DNA of 48,467 nt from an uncultured Lentisphaeraceae bacterium (GTDB lineage: Bacteria > Verrucomicrobiota > Kiritimatiellia > RFP12 > UBA1067). The position numbers and the translations under genes were made by a program. The notes under the pieces were generated by a model. It made no database searches, was not told the DNA's origin, and worked only from the letters and a program-made list of their open reading frames with translations. The stretch is taken from assembly GCA_964420685.1 (NCBI GenBank), contig CAYQUI010000004.1:1-48467 (forward strand). The letters run 5' to 3'. This document shows positions 20,616 through 28,368 of the stretch, in pieces. Numbering within the stretch: the stretch's first letter is position 1; each line of letters opens with the position of its first letter.

Positions 20616-22202
20616 ATGAGACCTGTCGTATTCATCATTCGTGACGGCTGGGGCATCAATCCCCGCAAGGACGGAAACTCCGTGTACGGCGCCAAGACGC
20701 CGGTCATCGACCAGATTCGCGCGCGCTATCCGCACTGTCTCCTCGACTGCTGCGGCGAGGCGGTCGGCCTCCCCGACGGCTATCAGGGTTCGTCGGAAGT
20801 CGGCCACCTCAACATGGGCGCGGGCCGCATTGTCATTCAGGAGCTGAAGCGCATTGACGACGGCCTGTCGTCCGGCGAGCTCTTCAAGAGCCCGAAGTGG
20901 GCGAACCTCATCGCGGACTGGAAGAGGAACAACTCGCAGTTCCACTTCCTCGGCCTTTTGCAGGACGAGGGCGTGCACGCGCACCAGGAGCATCTCTTCA
21001 AGCTCATGAAGCGCGCGCGACAGGAGTTCCCGGAGGGGAAGATCGTCGTCCATCCGTTCCTTGACGGCCGCGACACGCCGCCGCGCTCGACGCTGGAGTA
21101 CATCGCGCGCCTGAAGCAGGAGCTCGCCGTCGTCGGCAATGCGACGATCGGGACGGCGATGGGCCGCTACTATGGCATGGATCGCTCGAAGAACTACACG
21201 CTCACGAGCGAGGCGTACGAGTGCCTCGTCGCCGCGCAGGGCAAGAAGGCCGCGACGGTCGAGGAGGCCGTCAAGGCCGAGTACGCGAACGGCCAGACGC
21301 CCGACAACGCGCCGATGACCGACGAGTACATTCCGTGCTACGTGATTGGCGACTACGCCGGCATGAAGGACGGCGACGTCGTCATGCACACGAACTACCG
21401 CCAGGATCGCGCGATCCAGCTGACGCAGGCGTTCGTGTCGGACGACTACGCGGGCACGCGCTCGGCGCGTCCGAAGGTGACGTTCCTCGGCTTCACGCGC
21501 TACTGGGACGAGTTCGAGGACTACCTCCTCGGCGCGATGGGCGCGGGCGGCGGCATGGACAACCTTCTCGGCGAAGTCGTCTCGAAGGCGGGTCTCAAGC
21601 AGCTGCGCCTCGCGGAGACCCAGAAGATCAAGCACGTCACGAGCTTCTTCAACGGCAAGTCCACGACGCCGTCGGCGGGCGAAGACCAGGTCGAGGTCAA
21701 GAGCCGCTTTGACGCGGCGACGTTCGCGAGCCATCCGGAGATGGAGGCGTACAACGTGACGGACGAGCTTCTGAAGCGGCTGGAGAACAATCCCTACGGC
21801 TTCATCGTCGTCAACTACGCGAACTGCGACATGGTCGGCCACACGGGCGACGAAAAGGCGGCGACGAAGGCCGTCGAGGTCACGGACGAGTGCATCGGCA
21901 AGATTCTGCCGCGCCTCCTCGAGCTCGACGCGCATGTCCTCATCTTTGCCGACCACGGCAACGCCGAGCAGATGGTTGACTACAAGACGGGGCTCACGAA
22001 GACCTCGCACACGCTGAACCTCGTCGATTGCTTCTACGTCGCGAACGACGCGGCGGGCGTGCGCCTGACGCCGCTGGCGAAGCTCTCGGCCGTCGCGCCG
22101 ACCGCCCTGCAGATGCTGGGCATTCCCGTGCCGCCGGAGATGACGACGCCGTCGCTCCTTGCGGGCAAGGAGAACTGGTCGAAGACCGCGCTCAACGTCT
22201 GA
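20616..22202 (+). CDS. gpmI: 2,3-bisphosphoglycerate-independent phosphoglycerate mutase
   Basis: MRPVVFIIRDGWG start plus SSEVGHLNMGAGR, NYANCDMVGHTG and ADHGNAE motifs. The track ORF start at 20304 overlaps the SDR gene and runs through the repeat array. Confidence 0.93.
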   Translation: MRPVVFIIRDGWGINPRKDGNSVYGAKTPVIDQIRARYPHCLLDCCGEAVGLPDGYQGSSEVGHLNMGAGRIVIQELKRIDDGLSSGELFKSPKWANLIADWKRNNSQFHFLGLLQDEGVHAHQEHLFKLMKRARQEFPEGKIVVHPFLDGRDTPPRSTLEYIARLKQELAVVGNATIGTAMGRYYGMDRSKNYTLTSEAYECLVAAQGKKAATVEEAVKAEYANGQTPDNAPMTDEYIPCYVIGDYAGMKDGDVVMHTNYRQDRAIQLTQAFVSDDYAGTRSARPKVTFLGFTRYWDEFEDYLLGAMGAGGGMDNLLGEVVSKAGLKQLRLAETQKIKHVTSFFNGKSTTPSAGEDQVEVKSRFDAATFASHPEMEAYNVTDELLKRLENNPYGFIVVNYANCDMVGHTGDEKAATKAVEVTDECIGKILPRLLELDAHVLIFADHGNAEQMVDYKTGLTKTSHTLNLVDCFYVANDAAGVRLTPLAKLSAVAPTALQMLGIPVPPEMTTPSLLAGKENWSKTALNV

Positions 22203-22214
22203 CGCGCGGCGAAC

Positions 22215-22252
22215 CTTAAGAAATCTTAAGGTAAACTTAAGGTAATCTTAAG
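22215..22252. repeat. Four phased copies of the palindrome CTTAAG (11-bp unit ~CTTAAGGTAAn)
   Basis: CTTAAG at 22215, 22225, 22236 and 22247, giving spacings of 10, 11 and 11 bp. The array is AT-rich and lies between gpmI and comEC. Confidence 0.9.
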
Positions 22253-22255
22253 GCT

Positions 22256-22301
22256 TCCTTTCCCCGGATGTGCTATTCTACGCGCATCCAAGGGGAAAGG
22301 A
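22256..22301 (+). promoter_or_regulatory. 18-bp interrupted hairpin covering the comEC SD, with a -10-like TGcTATTCT spanning the top of the 5' arm and the loop
   Basis: TCCTTTCCCCGGATGTGC (22256-22273) pairs with GCGCATCC-aa-GGGGAAAGGA (22282-22301), with one G.U pair and a 2-nt bulge. The loop is TATTCTAC. GGGGAAAGGA is the SD for ATG 22303. Confidence 0.6.
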
Positions 22302-22302
22302 C

Positions 22303-23493
22303 ATGACGACAACCAAAAGACTTCTTCTCGCCTGTGCCGCCGTGGCGGGCGGCGAGTTCGCCGCCGCGCGCGTGCCGATGTTCGCCGAGGCCTGGCCGAT
22401 TCTGGCGGCCTTGGCGCTGCTTGTCGCGCTTGGGGGGCATGCGGGCGGCTTTCGCCTCTGGCCGTGGCTTGCGCTGGCGCTCGTGGGCGCGACGCTTTTT
22501 CTGTCCGCCTCGTGCGAACAGGAGCGCGTCTACCGAAAGGCGCCGTGGCTGCGGGAGGCGCGTCGGCGTGCGTCGGCCGAACCGGCGATGCCCGCCCTGG
22601 CCGCAACGCGGCGCGACTTTGCCCGCCGCGTGTCGCTCGGGCTGGAATCCAGGCGCGAGGTCGTGCGCCTCAACCAGGCCATTTTGCTGGGTGCGCGCAC
22701 CGCCCTGCCGCGAGACTTGCGGCAGACGTTCATCGGCGCGGGCACGATTCACGTCTTTGCCATTTCCGGCTTGCATGTCATGGCCGTCGCGCGTGTGCTG
22801 GTCTTTCTTTTGCGACTTCTCTGGCTGCCGCGCCGACTGGCCGAGGCGGCGGCCGTTCCGGCTCTCTGGGGCTATCTCGCGCTCATCGGCTTTCCGCCGA
22901 GCGCCGTTCGTGCCGGCGCCATGGCGACGCTGACCTGCCTGGCGCCGCTCTTCCGCCGGCGGCCGAATGGACTCGTCGCCTGGTCGCTCACGTTTCTCGC
23001 AGTCTATCTCGTGCGCCCGACGATGATTGCGGATGTCGGGTGCGGCCTTTCCTTTGCCGTCATGCTGGCGATCCTCGTGGTCGGGGAACGCCTGCGGGAA
23101 CGTCCGGAGGGGTGGGCGAAGACCATGGCCATTGCCGTTGCCGCCTGGGCGGCGGGCGTGCCGATTGCCGCGCACGTCTTCGGGCGCGTCACGCCCGGCG
23201 GCGTCCTCGCCAACCTCGCGCTCGTGCCGGCGGCGGGCTTGACGGTCTATGCGGGCGCGCTCGGACTTCTGTCGAGCTTCGTGTCGGAGTCCGTGGCCGC
23301 GCATCTCAACAACCTCTCCGCCCTCTTCACGCAGGCGATGGTCGTCCTCTCCGAGGGCGTCGCGGGGCTTCCGGGCGCGAACGTCGAGGTGCCGAAGTGG
23401 CCGATTCCGACATGCGCCGCGTGGTACGCCGCCTGTGCGCTTGCGCTGTTCCTGCTGCGGCGCGCGAACCGACGACGGGACACGCTGGACTGA
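22303..23493 (+). CDS. comEC: ComEC/Rec2-family membrane protein (competence channel core only)
   Basis: Polytopic membrane protein with the signature FIGAGTIHVFAISGLHV. At 396 aa it has no recognisable OB-fold or metallo-beta-lactamase domain. Start set at ATG 22303 behind the SD. Confidence 0.75.
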   Translation: MTTTKRLLLACAAVAGGEFAAARVPMFAEAWPILAALALLVALGGHAGGFRLWPWLALALVGATLFLSASCEQERVYRKAPWLREARRRASAEPAMPALAATRRDFARRVSLGLESRREVVRLNQAILLGARTALPRDLRQTFIGAGTIHVFAISGLHVMAVARVLVFLLRLLWLPRRLAEAAAVPALWGYLALIGFPPSAVRAGAMATLTCLAPLFRRRPNGLVAWSLTFLAVYLVRPTMIADVGCGLSFAVMLAILVVGERLRERPEGWAKTMAIAVAAWAAGVPIAAHVFGRVTPGGVLANLALVPAAGLTVYAGALGLLSSFVSESVAAHLNNLSALFTQAMVVLSEGVAGLPGANVEVPKWPIPTCAAWYAACALALFLLRRANRRRDTLD

Positions 23494-23497
23494 AAAA

Positions 23498-23506
23498 TGG
23501 TATAAT
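23498..23506 (+). promoter_or_regulatory. Extended -10 promoter element TGgTATAAT upstream of galE
   Basis: Starts 5 nt after the comEC stop. A ~27-nt leader with AAAGGAAG precedes ATG 23540. Confidence 0.5.
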
Positions 23507-23539
23507 TCGGAGAACGAAAGAAAGGAAGCGAATCCCATC

Positions 23540-24577
23540 ATGAAGATTCTGGTTACGGGCGGCGCCGGGTACATCGGCAGCCATACGGTCGTGGAACTCC
23601 TGAACGCGGGGCACGACGTCGTCGTCGTCGACAATCTCTGCAACAGTTCGCGCAAGTCGCTCGCGCGCGTCGCGCGCATCACCGGCAAGACGCCGACGTT
23701 CTACAAGGCCGACATCCGCGACGAGAAGAAGCTCAACGCGATTCTCGACAAGGAGGCGCCGTTCCAGGCGACGATTCACTTCGCGGCGCTGAAGGCCGTC
23801 GGCGAATCGACGAAGATCCCGCTCAAGTACTACGCCAACAACCTCGGCGGCACGTTCACGCTCCTGAAGTGCCTGGCCGAGCACGACTGCAAGAACATCG
23901 TCTTCTCGTCGTCGGCGACCGTCTACGGCGAACCGAAGTCCGTGCCGATCCGCGAGGACTTCCCGACGCCCGGCTGCACGAACCCCTATGGCTGGACGAA
24001 GCTCATGATGGAGCAGGTCTTCAAGGACGTCCAGAAGGCCGACCCGGCGTGGAACGTGATCCTGCTGCGCTACTTCAATCCGATCGGGGCGCACGAGTCG
24101 GGCCTCATCGGCGAAGACCCGGCGGGCATTCCGAACAACCTCCTGCCGTACGTCGCGCAAGTCGCCGTCGGGCGGCGGCCCGAACTCAACGTCTTCGGCA
24201 ACGACTATCCGACGCCGGACGGGACGGGCGTGCGGGACTACATTCACGTCGTCGATCTCGCCGTCGGGCACCTGAAGGCGATCGAGAAGATCGAGAAGGA
24301 GCCGACGCTCGGCCTCAAGGTCTACAATCTCGGCACGGGGCACGGGTATTCGGTCCTTCAGATCGTGAAGGCGTTCGAGAAGGCTTCGGGGCGTCCCGTT
24401 CCCTACAAGGTCTGCCCGCGTCGTCCTGGCGACATCGCCGAATGCTGGGCCGACCCGGCCTTGGCCGCGAACGAACTTGGCTGGAAGGCCGTGCGCGGCA
24501 TCGAGGAGATGTGCGCCGACGCCTGGCGTTGGCAGGAGAAGAATCCGTACGGGTACAACGGAAAGGCGGAAGAATAG
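23540..24577 (+). CDS. galE: UDP-glucose 4-epimerase
   Basis: MKILVTGGAGYIGSHT, SSSATVYG and a YGWTK catalytic motif, with GalE-like sequence throughout. Confidence 0.92.
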   Translation: MKILVTGGAGYIGSHTVVELLNAGHDVVVVDNLCNSSRKSLARVARITGKTPTFYKADIRDEKKLNAILDKEAPFQATIHFAALKAVGESTKIPLKYYANNLGGTFTLLKCLAEHDCKNIVFSSSATVYGEPKSVPIREDFPTPGCTNPYGWTKLMMEQVFKDVQKADPAWNVILLRYFNPIGAHESGLIGEDPAGIPNNLLPYVAQVAVGRRPELNVFGNDYPTPDGTGVRDYIHVVDLAVGHLKAIEKIEKEPTLGLKVYNLGTGHGYSVLQIVKAFEKASGRPVPYKVCPRRPGDIAECWADPALAANELGWKAVRGIEEMCADAWRWQEKNPYGYNGKAEE

Positions 24578-24583
24578 CCGCTC

Positions 24584-25225
24584 ATGTCTTCCGACAGCGT
24601 CCTCGCCTTCGTCCTTGACGGCCTTGCGGACTATCTTGAGCTTGAGCGCGAGCTGGGCGTCAAGACGGTCGAGGTCGACCGGGCGTTGCTGACGGCTGCG
24701 CCCGCGCCGAAGGCCGAGGCGACGCCGCCGTCGCGCGCGGCCGCCGACGCGGCGCGGGACGCGCGACCGTCGGCGCGACCGGCGGAGACGGCGCGCATTG
24801 GCGACAGGGCGGGCGACGGTCGTCCGCGCGCCGAGACGGGGGCGAAGGGCCAGCTGGACTTCGTCTTCATTGCGGATCGGCCGCTGTCGCCGAAGGCCGT
24901 CGAGATGATGGCGAAGATCGTGCCCGCGATGGGCAAGACGGCCGAGACGGCGCCCGTCGTCGTCGCCCCGCCGATTCCGCGCGCGCGCTTCTTCGTCTTT
25001 CTCGGACGCGCCGCGCTCGCGAAATACATGCCGGGGCTGCGCGGCGAGGAGAACCGGTGGCTCAAGTCGCCGAAGGGGAAGGACGTCCTGCTCGTGAAGT
25101 CGCCAGAGGAGATCGTGCGCTTCACGACGGTGACGCCCGCCCTCAAGCGGATGAAACAGGAGATGTGGCTGGCGCTGAAGACGGTGACGCAGCGTGTGCA
25201 GATCGGAAACCAGGAAGAGATGTAG
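24584..25225 (+). CDS. Hypothetical protein; C-terminal half resembles a catalytically degenerate uracil-DNA glycosylase (family 4-like) fold
   Basis: LDFVFIADRPL...AVEMMAKIV.AMG / FFVFLGRAALAKYM...LRGEE.RW / VLLVKSPEEIVRF follows the spacing of the UDG motifs GEGPG / LG..A / HPSyLLR, but the catalytic residues are replaced. The N-terminal ~95 aa are Ala/Pro/Arg-rich low complexity. Confidence 0.4.
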   Translation: MSSDSVLAFVLDGLADYLELERELGVKTVEVDRALLTAAPAPKAEATPPSRAAADAARDARPSARPAETARIGDRAGDGRPRAETGAKGQLDFVFIADRPLSPKAVEMMAKIVPAMGKTAETAPVVVAPPIPRARFFVFLGRAALAKYMPGLRGEENRWLKSPKGKDVLLVKSPEEIVRFTTVTPALKRMKQEMWLALKTVTQRVQIGNQEEM

Positions 25226-25238
25226 GAGGGCGAAGACC

Positions 25239-26039
25239 ATGCGAACGAACGAACAGGCGAAGGTGATACTCCATGAGGACTGCGGGCCGGGCTATCGGCT
25301 TCTTGTCCTCGATGCGCCGCAGGTCGCGGCGGATGCGCGGCCGGGGCAGTTCGTGCACGTCAAGGTGCCGGCGCTCGAGTCGAGCGCCTTGCGGCGTCCG
25401 TTCTCGATTTTCAATGCCGAGGACGGACGGCTGGAGATTCTTTACAAGGCCGTCGGACGCGGCACGTTCGCCTTGAACGGCGTGCGTCCCGGCGAATCCG
25501 TCGAAGTCCTCGGCCCGCTCGGACGGGGCTTCCCGGAGACGTGTCGCGGGACGCCGCTCCTCGTCGGCGGCGGCTATGGCGTCGCGCCGCTCTACTTCCT
25601 CGCCCGCCGCCTCCTCCAATCTCCCCAACCCCCCAACCTCCAAACGCCCAAACGCCCCAAGCTCTTCGTCGGCGGCCGCACGAAGGCCGACCTGCTCGCG
25701 CTTGACCGCTTCGCGGCGCTGGGCGTCGAGGTCTTTGCCACGACGAACGACGGCTCGTTTGGGACGAAGGGCTTTGCCGTCGTGCCGCTGGACGCGGAAC
25801 TGGCGCGGCTGCGCGCGGCGGGGGCAGACTTCGAGCTTTTCACGTGCGGGCCGGACGGACTCCTGAAGGCGGTCGCGGAGCGCGCGGTGTCGCTCGGCGC
25901 GCCGGGCTGGATTTCCGTTGACCGCCACATGGTCTGCGGCGTCGGCGCGTGCTACGCCTGCATTCAGAAGACAGTGACGGGCAATGCGCGCTGCTGCGTG
26001 GACGGGCCCGTGTTCAAGGCGGAGGAACTGGTATGGTGA
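25239..26039 (+). CDS. pyrK: Dihydroorotate dehydrogenase (class 1B) electron-transfer subunit
   Basis: FAD/NAD-binding ferredoxin-reductase fold (RRPFSI, GGGYGVAPLYFLA) and a C-terminal 2Fe-2S motif C.VGACYAC...CCVDGPVF. The SD TAGGAGGG precedes ATG 25239. Confidence 0.88.
   Translation: MRTNEQAKVILHEDCGPGYRLLVLDAPQVAADARPGQFVHVKVPALESSALRRPFSIFNAEDGRLEILYKAVGRGTFALNGVRPGESVEVLGPLGRGFPETCRGTPLLVGGGYGVAPLYFLARRLLQSPQPPNLQTPKRPKLFVGGRTKADLLALDRFAALGVEVFATTNDGSFGTKGFAVVPLDAELARLRAAGADFELFTCGPDGLLKAVAERAVSLGAPGWISVDRHMVCGVGACYACIQKTVTGNARCCVDGPVFKAEELVW
25613..25662 (+). repeat. CCAAAC-type octamer array embedded in-frame in pyrK
   Basis: Units cctccaat, ctccccaac, cccccaac, ctccaaac, gcccaaac, gccccaagc encode ...LQSPQPPNLQTPKRPK... 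directly after the GGGYGVAPLYFLA motif. One unit (ctccaaac) is identical to a unit in the gpmI leader array. Confidence 0.7.
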
Positions 26040-26941
26040 AGATGGACGTGAACCTGGGCGGCTTGCGGATGCCGACGCCGGTGGCGACGGCGAGCGGCAC
26101 GTTTGGCTACGGAACGGAATACGTCGGGCTTGTCGACTACGCGAAGCTCGGCGCCGTGACGGCGAAGGGCATTCGCCTCGACCCCTGGCCCGGCAACCCG
26201 ATGCCGCGCCATGCCGAGGTCGCCGGCGGACTTGTCAACGCGATCGGTCTGCAGGGCACGGGCGTCGCGTCGTTCCTGGCGAAGACCCTGCCCGCCTATC
26301 GTTCGCTCTCGAACGTCCCGCTGATCGCCAACATCTGGGGCGGCTCGGTCGAGGAGTACGCGGCGGTCGCCGACCGTCTCGGCGACCAAGTCGAGGCCAT
26401 CGAGATGAACGTCTCGTGTCCGAACGTGAAAGCGGGCGGGCACACGTTCGGACAGGACCCGAAAGTCCTTTTCGAGGTCGTGTCGGCCGTGCGGAAGGCG
26501 ACGACGCGCCCGCTGCTCGTGAAGCTTGCGCCGAACGTGCCGTCCATCGTCCCCTACGTGAAGGCCTGCGAGGACGCGGGGGCCGATGCGCTTTCGCTCA
26601 TCAACACGATTCCGGCGATGGTGATCGACATCGAGCGGCGCGTGCCCGTCCTCGCGAACCGGACGGGCGGCCTGTCGGGGCGCGGCGTCCATCCCGTCGC
26701 CGTGAAGCTCGTCTACGACGCGCACCGGGCGACGACGCTGCCGATCCTCGCGATGGGCGGCGTCTACGAGGCGAAGGACGCGATCGAACTGTTGCTTGCG
26801 GGCGCGACGGCCGTCGCCGTCGGCACGGCGACCTTTTCGGATCCGGGTGTCGTCGCGGCGGTCTACGACGGAATCGTCGCCTACTGCGAACGCCACGGCT
26901 TCGCGTCCGTTTCGGAGCTGACGGGAAACCTGTTGGGTTGA
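26033..26941 (+). CDS. pyrD: Dihydroorotate dehydrogenase class 1B catalytic subunit
   Basis: L.MPTPVATASGTFGYG, NVSCPNVK and LINT motifs. ATG 26033 overlaps the pyrK stop (ATGGTGA). Confidence 0.92.
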   Translation: MVKMDVNLGGLRMPTPVATASGTFGYGTEYVGLVDYAKLGAVTAKGIRLDPWPGNPMPRHAEVAGGLVNAIGLQGTGVASFLAKTLPAYRSLSNVPLIANIWGGSVEEYAAVADRLGDQVEAIEMNVSCPNVKAGGHTFGQDPKVLFEVVSAVRKATTRPLLVKLAPNVPSIVPYVKACEDAGADALSLINTIPAMVIDIERRVPVLANRTGGLSGRGVHPVAVKLVYDAHRATTLPILAMGGVYEAKDAIELLLAGATAVAVGTATFSDPGVVAAVYDGIVAYCERHGFASVSELTGNLLG

Positions 26942-26963
26942 CTTGTCCTTTTCCAACGAGATT

Positions 26964-26972
26964 TGATATAAT
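26964..26972 (+). promoter_or_regulatory. Extended -10 promoter element TGaTATAAT upstream of the M18 aminopeptidase gene
   Basis: The hexamer ends 9 nt before ATG 26981 and there is no SD. Confidence 0.55.
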
Positions 26973-26980
26973 CCCTAACC

Positions 26981-28345
26981 ATGAAAATGTCGTATAGGCC
27001 GCAGGCAGACTACTGCGGCGAGTATATGCGCTATCTGGGCGTCGCGAAGACGGCGCGCCGGAGCTATGCCGAGAGCGTCCGTCTCCTGACGGCGCGCGGC
27101 TTCCGTGAGATTTCCTCGTTCAAGACGCTCAAGGCGGGCGACAAGGTCTACCGTGGCTATGAAGACCGCACGGTCATGGCGGCCGTGATCGGCAAGAAGA
27201 AGATTGCCGAGGCGGGGCTGAAGGTCGTCGGCGGCCATACGGACGCGCCGCGCCTCGACCTCAAGCCGCGTCCGCTCTACGAGAAGGGCGGCTGCGTCTA
27301 CTTCGACTGCCACATCTACGGCGGCATCAAGAAGTACCAGTGGCTGACGCTGCCGCTCGCGCTCTACGGGCGCATCGTCCGAAAGGACGGCTCGTTCGTC
27401 GACGTTGCCGTCGGCGACGAGCCCGGTGACCCGGTCTTCATGATTTCCGACATCCTGCCCCATCTCGGCAAGGATCAGGCGCAGAAGACGCGCGACGAGT
27501 TCTTCGCGGCCGAAGACCTCGACCCCGTCGCGTGGACGACGCCGGGCGCGCGGGCGAAGGGCGACGACGACGCGAAGACGGCGGGCGACCGCAAGGGCCT
27601 TGTCGCGTACCTGAAGAAGACGTACAAGGTCGAGGAGGAAGACCTGCTTTCCGCCGAACTGGAGATCGTGCCGGCTGGGATGCCGCGCGAAGTCGGCTTT
27701 GACCGCGCGCTCATCACGGGCTACGGACATGACGACCGCGTCTGCTCGTTCGCGGGGCTTCAGGCCCTGCTGGACGCGGCGGACGACGTGCCGGACGTCA
27801 CGGCCTCGATCCTCATGTGCGACAAGGAGGAGATTGGCTCGATGGGCTCGACGGGCATGCAGAGCTCGTTCTTCGAGAACACGGTCGCCGAACTGATCGA
27901 GCGCCAGGAGAAGAACGCGCGCGACATCCTCGTGCGGCGTGCGCTGGAGCGTTCGACGATGCTCTCGGCCGACGTCACGGCGGCGGCCGACCCGCACTTC
28001 CCCGACGTCGATTCGACCGGCAACGAGGCGCGCCTCCATGGCGGCGTCGCGGCCTCGAAGTACACGGGCGGCACGTCGAAGGGCGGCGCGAGCGACTGCG
28101 GGCCGGAGTTCATCGCGAAGATCCGCGACATTCTGGCGAAGGGTGACGTCAAATGGCAGATGGCCGAGCTTGGCAAGATGGAGAAGGGCGGCGGCGGCAC
28201 GATTTCGCAGTACATGGCGCGCTTCGGCATGAAGGTGCTGGACATGGGCACGCCCATGTGGAACATGCACGCGCCGTGGGAGATCGTCTCGAAGAGCGAC
28301 TGCTACCAGACTTACCGCGCGTACAGCGCATATCTGAGAAACTAA
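26981..28345 (+). CDS. M18-family aminopeptidase (aspartyl aminopeptidase-like)
   Basis: GGHTDAPRLDLKPRP, YGGIKKYQWLTLPLALYG, YGHDDRVC, DKEEIGS and the NMHAPWE end, typical of peptidase family M18. Confidence 0.85.
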   Translation: MKMSYRPQADYCGEYMRYLGVAKTARRSYAESVRLLTARGFREISSFKTLKAGDKVYRGYEDRTVMAAVIGKKKIAEAGLKVVGGHTDAPRLDLKPRPLYEKGGCVYFDCHIYGGIKKYQWLTLPLALYGRIVRKDGSFVDVAVGDEPGDPVFMISDILPHLGKDQAQKTRDEFFAAEDLDPVAWTTPGARAKGDDDAKTAGDRKGLVAYLKKTYKVEEEDLLSAELEIVPAGMPREVGFDRALITGYGHDDRVCSFAGLQALLDAADDVPDVTASILMCDKEEIGSMGSTGMQSSFFENTVAELIERQEKNARDILVRRALERSTMLSADVTAAADPHFPDVDSTGNEARLHGGVAASKYTGGTSKGGASDCGPEFIAKIRDILAKGDVKWQMAELGKMEKGGGGTISQYMARFGMKVLDMGTPMWNMHAPWEIVSKSDCYQTYRAYSAYLRN

Positions 28346-28368
28346 ACGAAAGAAGGGAAACCACGAAC

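Noticed and set aside
22215-22252. Possible CRISPR-like or minisatellite array (the CTTAAG repeats).
   Set aside because: The period is only 10-11 bp with no spacers, there are four units, and no cas genes are present. It is far too short for CRISPR and is treated as a regulatory repeat instead.
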